DNA of 64,000 bases, taken from the IMG/VR virus record IMGVR_UViG_3300042691_046823; one strand, 5' to 3'. The notes beneath the pieces are model-generated. The model did not search any database, was not told where the DNA came from, and saw only the letters and a list, made by a program, of their open reading frames with translations. Numbering within the stretch: position 1 is the first letter of the stretch; each line of letters opens with the position of its first letter. This stretch comes from a virus. A program made the position numbers and the translations under genes. Positions 38,604 to 48,928 of this stretch are shown piece by piece.

Positions 38604-39458
38604 TTGACAACATTTACATCAGAAGACCTGGAAAACTCTCTTACTGCTACCAGTAAAGATACATTTGACACACTTAAACAAAATCCGCTGGTAGCCGCGG
38701 CGCCTTACCAACCGGGTTATGAAGACGCCACAGCTTTAGATGCCATGAGTGGTGATGGCGGTTATCAAGAATCATACTTAGGTGATGCAATTCGCTTTAA
38801 AATGAAACGTGACAAAAAACGTTTTTGGGCTGGCGATAATATCAGCGACTATGTCAGCGAACAAGATAAAGAGAAACTAATCGACGAAGCCGCAGAAGCA
38901 TTTGAAACTGTGTTAGATCGATTGCTGATTGATCGTGAAAACGATCCTAACTCCAAGGGCACCGCACGACGCTTGGCCAAGATGTACTTCAACGAAATCA
39001 TGGGCGGTAGATACGATCCGGCACCAGATTGCACAGCCTTTCCAAACGACTCAGCAGACCGTTATGAAGGCATGCTCGTGGTGCGTAGTGAACTTCGTAG
39101 TATGTGCAGCCATCATCATCAACCCGTTGTTGGCGTTGCCTATATTGGCATCCTTGCGGCACAGAAATTGATCGGACTCAGCAAATACACACGCATCGCA
39201 CAATGGTGCGCCCGTCGTGGTACACTCCAAGAAGAACTCTGCAACGACATCGCCCGAGAGATCATGAAGGCCACTGATAGCAAGGATGTGGGCGTGTATA
39301 TCCAAGCCACGCATGGTTGCTGTGAGAATCGTGGCATCATGGCCCATTCCAGCCTTACCCAAACCACTGTGCTTCATGGTGCTTTCCGGTCAGATCCTGC
39401 GGTGAAAAAAGAGTTCACCGACAACATCAAATTACAGCAGGATTTTGCCCCCAGGTAA
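38604..39458 (+). CDS. folE: GTP cyclohydrolase I
   Basis: SMCSHH, IGLSK..R, QE, HGCCENRG; TTG start with SD GGAG. Confidence 0.95.
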   Translation: MTTFTSEDLENSLTATSKDTFDTLKQNPLVAAAPYQPGYEDATALDAMSGDGGYQESYLGDAIRFKMKRDKKRFWAGDNISDYVSEQDKEKLIDEAAEAFETVLDRLLIDRENDPNSKGTARRLAKMYFNEIMGGRYDPAPDCTAFPNDSADRYEGMLVVRSELRSMCSHHHQPVVGVAYIGILAAQKLIGLSKYTRIAQWCARRGTLQEELCNDIAREIMKATDSKDVGVYIQATHGCCENRGIMAHSSLTQTTVLHGAFRSDPAVKKEFTDNIKLQQDFAPR

Positions 39459-39505
39459 GTGCCCACTTACCGAGGTTGACCAAAAAATCGACTCCGCAGT
39501 AAAAT
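39454..39505 (+). promoter_or_regulatory. 18-bp palindromic operator followed by a sigma70-like promoter
   Basis: GGTAAGTG-CC-CACTTACC 39454-71; TTGACC-18-TAAAAT 39476-505. Confidence 0.65.
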
Positions 39506-39535
39506 AGTCAAATCACTGTAGATCCAGGAGCGATT

Positions 39536-41902
39536 ATGCAAGCAAACCCAGTTCTGCGTCCCACAATCATAGCCGTGGCCGTGGGTCTCGTATTGACGGG
39601 CTGTGGAGGTGGAGGTGGAGGAGGCTCACCATCATATCAGCGTGCCAGCACAAACTACAATGTGCCATACCATACACCCACTCGAGTTGGCACAGTACAG
39701 CCGCTAAACACTACAAGCGCCAGATACGATAACACTGCATTGTTCAGTAACAACCTATCCGGCGGCACCCAACAAGAAGTGGTCATGGTGGGACGCATGT
39801 CTCCAGTGAATGGGCAGGCCTATCACGAATACGACGTGCAGATCTTTGGTTGGGACAATGGGTCTCTGACCAACAAGACCACTTCCTGGTTCTCTGGCAC
39901 AGATAATCGCATCCAAGGCAGCGAGAGCCAGGTCAAATTTGCAGATTTCAACGGTGATGGTCGCAATGACATGTTCATTGGCACATATACAGATACCGCA
40001 GTGTATGGTCCTATGTCTGTGTTCATCAATCAAGGTGGAAGATTTTCACGCACTGACATTGCCAATGTCAACAATATCGCTGTGGCCGACAGCGCCATCT
40101 ATGATATCAACGGAGATGGCCGATCAGACATCTTGGCTTTGAGCCATAGATCAGACACCATGATCCATTTTGGGCGTGGTGACGGTACATTCCAATCCTA
40201 CACCAATCAAAGCTGGGTAGGTGGCGGATCGGGAGTATCTGTGGGCGACTTCATGGGCACCGGCGGCAGTTCTATGATAATCACTGATACGCCAGCCGGC
40301 GGCAACCGACTGTACAGTTGGACCATACAAGCAGGCCTGGATAGATTGCTGATCAACGAGATCACTACCTTGCCCACACCACGTTTCTTGTTACCTAAAT
40401 GGAGCAGCCAGGGTTTCACCAGCAGTCATGATATCCGTGCCTTGGCCTTTGACTTTGATGCATCGGGCCGGACCTCGGCAGTGATCATCAGCAGGCCAGA
40501 AAAGAATGGTACCTATCCTGCGTTCAGCGAAGTGCAGTTCCTTAAAAACCACGGTGGCGGCGTGTTCACTGACGTGACCGATACTGTCTTGGTCAACTAT
40601 GACACATCAACTCCGGCCAGTTACAATCCTGTGTTGGCCGACGTGAACTCCGACGGACTCACAGATATCGTGCTCAGCAGTCCCAACTGGGACAGCAACG
40701 CAGGCAGCCAGGTGCTGATTCATACCAGTGAGCACAAGTATGTGGCCAGTTATGCCGCGGTGCTCAAGGCCTTCCAAGATCAAGCACAGGATCTCGAACG
40801 GGCAGTCAATGCTTCGGTGATCAACGGTGCCAATGGCGTGGTGTTTGTACAAGGACCTGATGGCGCCATGTACCTGGCCACGGCAGTGACCTATACCACA
40901 AATGGCGCACAACAAAAGGCTGTATATCTCAGCAAGTTAGGAGCAGTCACGCCCAATGCCCAGGCCACGGCGGCTTTGGTCAAGCAGACCTGGCCCTGGA
41001 TGAGCGATGCCCAGGTCAATGCTGTGCTCAGCACCAGTTCTACGTCTTGGTTTGGTATGAAACTGCTGGATCCCAGCAAGGCCTTGAGTCCTGTGGGCGC
41101 ATTGAGTATACCCGTGGCCGGTGGCCTGCGCCCGATCAATGGCAGCATCACCGGAGTCAACATCGCTGGATCGGCCAATGCGATCAAGGCCGTTGACAGC
41201 CTGGGCAGAGATTTCACAGTGAATTACAGTCCAACCAGTTATAACAGCAACAACCTGTGGAATCGTTATACAGACAACATGGACGATGATGACACCAGAT
41301 CTGCGCAGGTACTAAACATGACCAGCGCCAGATATCAAAAGTTCAAAGTCAGTTCATCCAGTGACAATAGCACCATGTTCATGGGAATCACTGACATGGA
41401 TGTTTATAAAGATACCCGACTTAATCTCCAGTTTGCTCGCATGCCATTCAATCCTTATGTGCAAATATCAGGCAGTTGGGGACGTGTACAGAGTTCGACC
41501 ACTATTGAGTCTACGATCACTCATAGGCAACAAGGATGGGTAGGCAAGGTTGGGGTCATGTATACCGCAACAGAGATAGAAAAAGGTCTGGTTTCACGTA
41601 TCAATCCTATCACGGCTGTATGGACCGAAGCAGGGCATGAGTGGTCTAACTTCAGAGTTTATGGTGGCACCTTGCCTAAAGTTATAGATGGATCAGTAGA
41701 TCTTACCCTGCCAACTTCAGTTGACATCCAAGGACAGATAAGGTACAGCCAAGTCCGAGCCGATCTTATAAGCCCCACAGTTGGTTATGCTCGCATGTCT
41801 TATCATCATGACATCACGCGACGTTCACGCATGCAAATCAATGCAATGACCACATCTCAAAATCAATACAACTTATCTGTAAACTACAAAGTTAGATGGT
41901 AG
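39536..41902 (+). CDS. Lipoprotein with FG-GAP/VCBS repeats and probable C-terminal beta-barrel (autotransporter-like)
   Basis: Lipobox LTGC plus poly-Gly; DFNGDGRND, DINGDGRSD, DVNSDGLTD; amphipathic strands ending YKVRW. Confidence 0.7.
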   Translation: MQANPVLRPTIIAVAVGLVLTGCGGGGGGGSPSYQRASTNYNVPYHTPTRVGTVQPLNTTSARYDNTALFSNNLSGGTQQEVVMVGRMSPVNGQAYHEYDVQIFGWDNGSLTNKTTSWFSGTDNRIQGSESQVKFADFNGDGRNDMFIGTYTDTAVYGPMSVFINQGGRFSRTDIANVNNIAVADSAIYDINGDGRSDILALSHRSDTMIHFGRGDGTFQSYTNQSWVGGGSGVSVGDFMGTGGSSMIITDTPAGGNRLYSWTIQAGLDRLLINEITTLPTPRFLLPKWSSQGFTSSHDIRALAFDFDASGRTSAVIISRPEKNGTYPAFSEVQFLKNHGGGVFTDVTDTVLVNYDTSTPASYNPVLADVNSDGLTDIVLSSPNWDSNAGSQVLIHTSEHKYVASYAAVLKAFQDQAQDLERAVNASVINGANGVVFVQGPDGAMYLATAVTYTTNGAQQKAVYLSKLGAVTPNAQATAALVKQTWPWMSDAQVNAVLSTSSTSWFGMKLLDPSKALSPVGALSIPVAGGLRPINGSITGVNIAGSANAIKAVDSLGRDFTVNYSPTSYNSNNLWNRYTDNMDDDDTRSAQVLNMTSARYQKFKVSSSSDNSTMFMGITDMDVYKDTRLNLQFARMPFNPYVQISGSWGRVQSSTTIESTITHRQQGWVGKVGVMYTATEIEKGLVSRINPITAVWTEAGHEWSNFRVYGGTLPKVIDGSVDLTLPTSVDIQGQIRYSQVRADLISPTVGYARMSYHHDITRRSRMQINAMTTSQNQYNLSVNYKVRW

Positions 41903-42294
41903 ATACCTTGATACAAGCCCAGGCCCAAGGCCGGGTGCCCTGGAAAGAACTGGTATTGGATCTGGGCATGGTCAAAGTCTATACTGATAAATTTCCAGTG
42001 ACCACAGGACACCGATTGTTTGTTCCTGCCCAGGACGACAATGACCATGTGGCGGAATGCTTCCGGCAGGCCTATAAATTAGGCAACTTTTTGGTCCAGC
42101 AGGGTGTATGCCAGGGATTCAACGTGGGCATGAATATGGGAAGCACAGCCGGACAGACAGTGATGTATCCGCACATACATCTCATACCCAGGAGAGATGG
42201 TGATGCACCAGATCCGGTGGGCGGGATACGGGCCGTGATACCCGGACAGGCCAACTATAAAAAACCAGATTATAAAAACCCAACAGATAAATAA
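41896..42294 (+). CDS. HIT-family nucleotide hydrolase
   Basis: AGQTVMYPHIHLIPR histidine-triad region. Confidence 0.9.
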   Translation: MVDTLIQAQAQGRVPWKELVLDLGMVKVYTDKFPVTTGHRLFVPAQDDNDHVAECFRQAYKLGNFLVQQGVCQGFNVGMNMGSTAGQTVMYPHIHLIPRRDGDAPDPVGGIRAVIPGQANYKKPDYKNPTDK

Positions 42295-42302
42295 CTTTTC
42301 AC

Positions 42303-42368
42303 AGCGGTCTTTTCGGCGTCATCCCGCTTTACAAACTCTGCCGCCTATGCTAAACTCTAACATAGGAG
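42303..42368 (+). promoter_or_regulatory. Candidate preQ1-I-like riboswitch (H-type pseudoknot plus SD-sequestering hairpin)
   Basis: AGCGG/CCGCT P1, CGGCG/TGCCG P2, TTACAAA linker, CCTATG/CATAGG covering AGGAG; directly upstream of queD. Confidence 0.5.
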
Positions 42369-42375
42369 ACATATC

Positions 42376-42879
42376 GTGGATCAAACACCAAAGACTTATC
42401 GCTGGACCAGTACCAAAGAATATCATGACGCTTTCCCCTGCGCTTATCGCCAATGGCGAGCCGACAGCCATTGCAATCTCATACATGGATACAGTTTCTC
42501 CATGAAGTTTTATTTTGGCACCGACGATCTGGACGTGCGCAACTGGGCTGCCGATTACGGTGGTCTCAAAGAACTCAAAAGCACGTTAGAAGATCAATTT
42601 GATCATACTTTATTGGTAGCTCAAGATGATCCCGAATTGGATACATTCAAACTTTTACAAGAAAAGAAAATGGCCAAACTGACCATCCTGCCACGATTAG
42701 GTTGCGAAGGCCTGGCGGACATGCTTTACAAATATGTCAATGGAGTTTACATTCCTGACATGTGGGGACCCAGCGAAGCCGATCGGCTGTGGTGCTATCG
42801 CGTGGAAGTAAGAGAAACACAATCAAACATGGCCTATCGCGAAGGTCACAGACATTGGAACGAGGATCTCTTTGCTTAA
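42376..42879 (+). CDS. queD: 6-carboxy-5,6,7,8-tetrahydropterin synthase
   Basis: HCNLIHGY, DYGGLK, FDH, E, VRET; GTG start. Confidence 0.9.
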   Translation: MDQTPKTYRWTSTKEYHDAFPCAYRQWRADSHCNLIHGYSFSMKFYFGTDDLDVRNWAADYGGLKELKSTLEDQFDHTLLVAQDDPELDTFKLLQEKKMAKLTILPRLGCEGLADMLYKYVNGVYIPDMWGPSEADRLWCYRVEVRETQSNMAYREGHRHWNEDLFA

Positions 42880-43699
42880 AACTGATATTTCTGTATTACT
42901 TCCCACTCGGGGACGTACCGACATCTTAGGCCGTAGCCTATTAAGCCTTGCAGATCGTGCCCATGATATCAGTAGGGTAGAAATGTTACTGGCTTTTGAT
43001 CATGATGATACGGAAAGCATAGATTATTTCAACAACAACATTGCGCCAAATCTCACTGATCGAGGTGCGAGATTTACCTGCCTGGGATTCGAACGCCTGG
43101 GTTACATAAGACTCAACGAATATCTCAATTCTTTGGCTTCTTATGCTCAGGGACACTGGTTATTTTTCTGGGGCGACGATGCTGTCATGGAGAGCGACGA
43201 TTGGGACCTACGCATCACGGAAGTAGATGGATTTCGGGTGCTACGCATGCCCACACACAATTGCCATCCCTACGCTATATTTCCTATAGTGCCTCGCAAA
43301 TGGTACGAAATGTTTGGATATCTAAGTCCTCACCAACTCACGGATTCTTGGATAAGCCAAGTGGGATATCTCATAGATCGCATACACAACATTGACGTAC
43401 AAGTCACCCATGATAGGTTTGACATCACTGGCAACAACAATGATGAGACATTCCAAAATCGGCCCATGCTGGAGGGCCGCCCAGATCATCCCAAGGATTT
43501 TAACTATGTCACTTTCCGTAAGCAAAGATTTGATGATGCTGGACGTATCGTGGATTACCTGCGCACACAGGGTGAAGATGTGAGTTGGTTTGAAAATGTT
43601 TTAGCAAGCAAACAGGATCCATGGGCAAAGATGTGCAGTCGAGAATACGATCCTAACCGACAGATAGCAAGGCAGGAGCCAAGATGGCACCAACCGTGA
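42872..43699 (+). CDS. GT2 (GT-A) glycosyltransferase
   Basis: ISVLLPTRGR, WGDD. Confidence 0.8.
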   Translation: MLKTDISVLLPTRGRTDILGRSLLSLADRAHDISRVEMLLAFDHDDTESIDYFNNNIAPNLTDRGARFTCLGFERLGYIRLNEYLNSLASYAQGHWLFFWGDDAVMESDDWDLRITEVDGFRVLRMPTHNCHPYAIFPIVPRKWYEMFGYLSPHQLTDSWISQVGYLIDRIHNIDVQVTHDRFDITGNNNDETFQNRPMLEGRPDHPKDFNYVTFRKQRFDDAGRIVDYLRTQGEDVSWFENVLASKQDPWAKMCSREYDPNRQIARQEPRWHQP

Positions 43700-44466
43700 C
43701 CATAGATGATGTCCAGAGGTATTGGGATGCCAGACCATGCAACGTAAGACACAGTGACAAACCCATTGGCACAAAAGAATATTTTGATGAGGTGGAGAAG
43801 AAAAAGTTCTTAGCCGAACCACACATTCCTGCCTTTTGTGAATTCGATCGCTGGCATAACAAGCGAGTGTTGGAGATTGGATCGGGCATCGGCACCATGG
43901 CCATCAACTTTGCCCGTGCTGGAGCTGACTATACAGGAATAGAACTCAGCCAAGAAAGCCTGGACCTTACACGGCAGAGATTCCAAGTCTATAATTATAC
44001 GGGTAGGTTCTTTCAAGGCAATGCCGAACAACTTACTGACTTCGTACCTATACAACCTTATGACCTGGTTTTTACCTGGGGCGTGATACATCACAGCCCT
44101 AACCCCATGGCTATTTTGCGTGAAGCCAAAAATTATATGAATCCTGGTACTACACTCAAGGTCATGGTCTATGCCGCAAACTCATGGAAAAACTTTATGA
44201 TCGACGCCGGACTGGATCAGCCAGAAGCGCAACATGGGTGCCCTATCGCTCATACCTATACGCAACAGCAACTGATCAACATGATTGGTCCTGAGTTTAA
44301 AATCATGTCGGTAGAACAGGATCACATATTTCCTTATCAGATAGAACCTTACAAACAAGGAAAATATGTACGCCAACCTTGGTTTGAAACTATGTCCGAT
44401 GACATGTTTCATGCTTTGGAACGCCGCTTGGGGTGGCATCTCATGATCACAGCGGAGAAAACATGA
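43684..44466 (+). CDS. Class I SAM methyltransferase
   Basis: VLEIGSGIG, GIELS, GNAE, YDLV..WGVIHH. Confidence 0.9.
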   Translation: MAPTVTIDDVQRYWDARPCNVRHSDKPIGTKEYFDEVEKKKFLAEPHIPAFCEFDRWHNKRVLEIGSGIGTMAINFARAGADYTGIELSQESLDLTRQRFQVYNYTGRFFQGNAEQLTDFVPIQPYDLVFTWGVIHHSPNPMAILREAKNYMNPGTTLKVMVYAANSWKNFMIDAGLDQPEAQHGCPIAHTYTQQQLINMIGPEFKIMSVEQDHIFPYQIEPYKQGKYVRQPWFETMSDDMFHALERRLGWHLMITAEKT

Positions 44467-45626
44467 AGATTGGTGTGATTGGCGTCGGACGCCTGGGTAT
44501 CTGTTTCGCCCTGTTGCTGGATCGTGCCGGGCATGATGTCATGGCATCAGACATCCGTACTAACTATGTGGCAGCATTGAATCGCGGTGAGATCCAGACC
44601 ACGGAACCTGGCGTGGCTGAATTACTGGCCCACAAGAAGTCAATACAATTTACCACGGATACGCGAGCCGTGATCCAACACAGCGAAGTGATCTATGTCA
44701 TGGTAGCCACACCGTCGGCCGCGGATGGCAGTTATGACATATCTGCAGTGGATCGCGTGGTACAAGACATCGCCGAGTGTGAATTTGATATCTCTGGCAA
44801 GATCCTTGTGATAGGTTGCACGACCAATCCTGGTGATTGCCAGCGTGTGCAGGATCGTCTTAGATTTCAAGGTATCAGTGTGCTGTATAATCCTGAATTT
44901 ATCGCCCAGGGATCCATTATCCGAGATCTACAAAATGCCGACATGGTTCTGATCGGTGGTGAGAATCCTTCAGTGATCTCTGCTTATCAGTTGCTGTACG
45001 ATGATATACAGACCGTCCGGCCCAACGTGCATGCCATGAGCATCACAGCCGCGGAACTGGTCAAGATTGCCACCAACTGTTTCCTCACCACCAAGATCTC
45101 CTATGCCAACATGCTGGGAGAAGTGCTAATCCGCTCCGGTCTCGATGAAGATGTGGACCTTGCTCTCGCAGCCGTAGGTAGCGATTCTCGCATTGGGTCT
45201 AAATATATGAGATTCGGATTTGGCTACGGAGGGCCGTGCCTGCCCAGAGACAATCGTGCCTTTGCTCACTATTCTCAACGTGTGGGATTAGACTTTCCAT
45301 TGGGTCACATCGTGGATGAATTTAATCTATTTCATTCCAATTTCCTTGTAGATTGGTTAGAAAAACAAAACACAAAGTCTCTACCATTCTACATGCCTTC
45401 TATCATGTACAAGCCTGAGACAGACATATTGGAAGAGAGCCAGCAGTTCCAGGTCTGTGTCAAACTTCTACAAAAGGGTCACACGGTGTTTGTACAACAA
45501 AACAATCTCATACCTACAGAATTAGTCGAAGATCTTGATCAAAAATTTGGTCAACGCATACAGTTTGAACGCAAATCAGATCTAATAGCCCAAGGCGTAG
45601 AATTTTTTGAGATAACGTTAAATTGA
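44463..45626 (+). CDS. ugd: UDP-glucose/GDP-mannose 6-dehydrogenase
   Basis: IGVGRLG, VATP, YNPEFIAQG, AELVK, GYGGPCLPRD. Confidence 0.9.
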   Translation: MKIGVIGVGRLGICFALLLDRAGHDVMASDIRTNYVAALNRGEIQTTEPGVAELLAHKKSIQFTTDTRAVIQHSEVIYVMVATPSAADGSYDISAVDRVVQDIAECEFDISGKILVIGCTTNPGDCQRVQDRLRFQGISVLYNPEFIAQGSIIRDLQNADMVLIGGENPSVISAYQLLYDDIQTVRPNVHAMSITAAELVKIATNCFLTTKISYANMLGEVLIRSGLDEDVDLALAAVGSDSRIGSKYMRFGFGYGGPCLPRDNRAFAHYSQRVGLDFPLGHIVDEFNLFHSNFLVDWLEKQNTKSLPFYMPSIMYKPETDILEESQQFQVCVKLLQKGHTVFVQQNNLIPTELVEDLDQKFGQRIQFERKSDLIAQGVEFFEITLN

Positions 45627-46534
45627 CATCTAATACTCCCTACATCTCCGTAGTCATCACAGGACGCAACGATGATTATGGACAAGACTTTTTAGGCAGA
45701 CTCAGGGTATTCCTGCGTCACTTGGATTGGCAAGTACGGGCATGTCCTGATCTTATGGAACTTGTCATAGTAGAATGGAATCCCTTGCCTGATCGTGAGC
45801 CACTGAGTCAAGCATTACCGGCCACACGCAACATATCAGTGCGATACATCACTGTAGACAGTGACACACACGAGACCATAGGCGCCACCATGCCTGTGCT
45901 AGAGTTTGCCGGCAAGAATGTGGGTATTAGACGAGCCCGTGGTGATTTTGTGTTGGCTACCAATCCCGACATCGTGTTCAGCCAGGCCATGATCGATTGG
46001 TTGTCTACCAGACCTTTGCGTACCGACACAGTGTATCGTACCGATAGATATGACTTCGTACCTGATGGTATCAGTGCAATCAACGATGCAGAGATAGAAA
46101 ATTACGCAGTAAAACATAGTTTCGTGGTACACAGCATGGAGCAAAACGCCAGCGTAAGCCTCCCTGTAAATCATGCAGGTGATGTATCGTCGTTGCCACG
46201 TGGACAGGTTGATCTCAACATCATGCACACCAACGGTGCTGGCGACTTTATTTTGGCCAGCCGAGAAACATTTTGGACCGTGCGTGGGTTATACGAAAGC
46301 CTGGATCGACGCTGGCATGTAGACAGCATCAGCCTGTACCGATTCCATTGGGCTGGTGTCAAACAACATGTGGTACAGGCACCATGCTGTATTTTTCATC
46401 AACATCACCAACGTAGCGCACAAGACATGGCCTATGATCATAGAGAGATTCTTGAGCTAAGTCGCCGCAGTGGCACCACGGCCTGGGGATTGCAAGGCCA
46501 AGACCTTGAAGAAATCATTAAGGACCCCCAATGA
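45623..46534 (+). CDS. GT2-like glycosyltransferase
   Basis: ISVVITGRNDDYG, KNVGIRRARG, TNPD, GDF. Confidence 0.75.
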   Translation: MTSNTPYISVVITGRNDDYGQDFLGRLRVFLRHLDWQVRACPDLMELVIVEWNPLPDREPLSQALPATRNISVRYITVDSDTHETIGATMPVLEFAGKNVGIRRARGDFVLATNPDIVFSQAMIDWLSTRPLRTDTVYRTDRYDFVPDGISAINDAEIENYAVKHSFVVHSMEQNASVSLPVNHAGDVSSLPRGQVDLNIMHTNGAGDFILASRETFWTVRGLYESLDRRWHVDSISLYRFHWAGVKQHVVQAPCCIFHQHHQRSAQDMAYDHREILELSRRSGTTAWGLQGQDLEEIIKDPQ

Positions 46535-47136
46535 GATTAGAATATTATCAATTTCTTTTGAACCGAGTGAAATATGGAGGAGCCGACAGCGATCGGCATT
46601 TGCTCACTTGCTTCGCCATGGCCATGCAGATACATGCAAAACGTATCTTAGAATTGGGCGTAAGGACTGGCAATACCACATTGCCATTCTTGTGCGCGGC
46701 TAAAGAGACCGGGGGCGTTGTACACAGTGTGGATCTCGATCCTACTACCTTTGAGTGTCCAGAGGATCTACGTGTGTATTGGAAATTCTATCAAAGCGAT
46801 GCTATCGCCTGGTTAGAACAGCGTCGCAGTGATGGTGGCCAATATGACCTGGTGTATGTAGATGATTGGCACGCCTACGAACATGTGTCTCGAGAACTGT
46901 CAATCATCCAGGACATGATCACACCTTCTTCTATCATCTTGTTGCATGATCTAATGTACTCCAATGCCCAACCTGACTATCGATCCGATCCCACAACCAC
47001 GGATGCCCAATGGGCCGGTGGTGGCCCATATCGGGCTGTGGCTGAGTTAGATCCAGAACTATGGGAGTGGTCCACAGTGCCAGTGAATCATGGCCTAACA
47101 TTGTTGCGCCGTAAATCGAACAAGGTCATCAAATGA
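46531..47136 (+). CDS. Class I SAM methyltransferase (Methyltransf_24-like)
   Basis: ILELGVRTG, SVD, YVDDWH, LHD. Confidence 0.85.
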   Translation: MRLEYYQFLLNRVKYGGADSDRHLLTCFAMAMQIHAKRILELGVRTGNTTLPFLCAAKETGGVVHSVDLDPTTFECPEDLRVYWKFYQSDAIAWLEQRRSDGGQYDLVYVDDWHAYEHVSRELSIIQDMITPSSIILLHDLMYSNAQPDYRSDPTTTDAQWAGGGPYRAVAELDPELWEWSTVPVNHGLTLLRRKSNKVIK

Positions 47137-47966
47137 AATATCTTGTACTGGGATCAGCCGGACAGATCGGACTCAGTCTTTGTGCCTACCTTCGCGATCA
47201 AGGTCATAGCATACAAGAATTTGACATCGCCGACGGTTTAAAATATGACCTACGTAGACTGTATAACTCTTCGTTCCGCCAGGCCTTGTACCATGCCGAC
47301 TTTGTGTATTTCTTGGCCTGGGATGTTGGTGGCAGCGCATATCTAGCACGCTATCAAGATACCTATGAATTCATCATGAACAATGTGGCTATCATGCACA
47401 ACGTGTTTGATTGTCTTTATGAAGCCAAAAAGCCTTTTGTGTTTGCATCCAGCCAGATGGCTAATATGAGCTATAGCTCCTATGGTCTGACCAAAAGTCT
47501 GGCTGAAAAACTCACCCAAAGCCTGGGAGGAGTTACTGTGAAATTCTGGAATGTCTATGGTATAGAACACGATCCGGCCAAGACACATGTGGTCACAGAT
47601 TTCATCAACAAAGCACGCCATACCAGATTGATCGATATGCGCACTGATGGTACGGAACTTCGCCAGATGCTGTACGCCGATGACTGCAGTGAAGCCCTAT
47701 ATACCTTGTCGCAGATTTACTCTGATCTGCCTCGTGAAAAAGAATATCATATCACCAGTTTTGAATGGCACAGCATGCAACAAGTGGCCGAGATAATCGC
47801 CGGGCACTATCCAGGTACCAAGATCCAACCGGCCTTGGCCAAAGACACAGTACAGCAGGATCGCCGCAACGAACCAGATCTCTGGATCCGGCAATATTGG
47901 CAACCAAAAACGTCGCTGGATCAGGGCATAGAGCGTATAATACAAGCAATGGAGAAATCACAATGA
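47133..47966 (+). CDS. NAD-dependent epimerase/dehydratase
   Basis: LGSAGQIG, FASS, YGLTK, NVYG. Confidence 0.85.
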   Translation: MKYLVLGSAGQIGLSLCAYLRDQGHSIQEFDIADGLKYDLRRLYNSSFRQALYHADFVYFLAWDVGGSAYLARYQDTYEFIMNNVAIMHNVFDCLYEAKKPFVFASSQMANMSYSSYGLTKSLAEKLTQSLGGVTVKFWNVYGIEHDPAKTHVVTDFINKARHTRLIDMRTDGTELRQMLYADDCSEALYTLSQIYSDLPREKEYHITSFEWHSMQQVAEIIAGHYPGTKIQPALAKDTVQQDRRNEPDLWIRQYWQPKTSLDQGIERIIQAMEKSQ

Positions 47967-48928
47967 AATCAATGTTGGTCTGCGGAGCCGGTGGATTCAT
48001 CGGCGGACATCTGGTCTCAAGTCTAAAGAAACAAGGACATCATGTCATTGGAGTAGACATCAAAATGCACGAATACGGCAAATCTGATGCTGATGTGTTT
48101 TTACAGTTGGATCTGCGAGAGCAAGCCAATGTTCGCAGAATTTTTGATGAGCATGACATTGGCACTGTGTATCAGTTGGCTGCAGACATGGGCGGTGCCG
48201 GTTATATCTTTACCGGTGAAAACGATGCCGACATCATGCACAACTCCAGCCTAATCAATCTCAACATCGCAGAAGCCATGGTCAAGCATGGAGTAAAAAA
48301 TGTGTTTTACACATCATCGGCCTGCATGTATCCCAGCCACAATCAAGAGGATCCTGACAATCCTTTGCTGAGTGAAGAGTCAGCCTATCCAGCCAACCCT
48401 GACAGCGAATATGGTTGGGAAAAACTGTTCTCAGAACGCATGTGGATGGCCTTTGGCCGCAACCATGGTCTGCGTGTGCGCATCGCTCGTCTGCACAATG
48501 TGTTTGGCCCCTTGGGCGCATGGAACAATGGCAAAGAAAAAGCTCCGGCCGCATTGTGCCGCAAGGTAGCAGAAAGTGATGGACACGTCGAAGTCTGGGG
48601 GCCGGGTACACAGACGAGATCATTCTTGTTCATCGACGAATGCATAGAAGGCATACACCGAATACAGGCATCGGACTGTGAATCAGCACTGAATCTTGGA
48701 TCTGAGCGCATGATATCTATCAATGATTTGGCCCTGTTGATTGCTGAACTGGCTGGTAAGACTGTACGCATAACCAATATACCCGGCCCTATGGGAGTCA
48801 TGGGTCGTAACAGCCACAACCAACTCATACGTGAAACCATAGGTTGGGCCCCCGCAGATAACCTTGAACACGGACTCACTGAAACCTATCGTTGGATCTC
48901 CAGCATGGTGGACGTGAGCAAGAGATGA
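47963..48928 (+). CDS. GDP-mannose 3,5-epimerase-like NAD-dependent epimerase
   Basis: GAGGFIG, LAADMGGAG, SSACMYP, YGWEK, EKAPAALCRK; start 47963. Confidence 0.85.
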   Translation: MKSMLVCGAGGFIGGHLVSSLKKQGHHVIGVDIKMHEYGKSDADVFLQLDLREQANVRRIFDEHDIGTVYQLAADMGGAGYIFTGENDADIMHNSSLINLNIAEAMVKHGVKNVFYTSSACMYPSHNQEDPDNPLLSEESAYPANPDSEYGWEKLFSERMWMAFGRNHGLRVRIARLHNVFGPLGAWNNGKEKAPAALCRKVAESDGHVEVWGPGTQTRSFLFIDECIEGIHRIQASDCESALNLGSERMISINDLALLIAELAGKTVRITNIPGPMGVMGRNSHNQLIRETIGWAPADNLEHGLTETYRWISSMVDVSKR

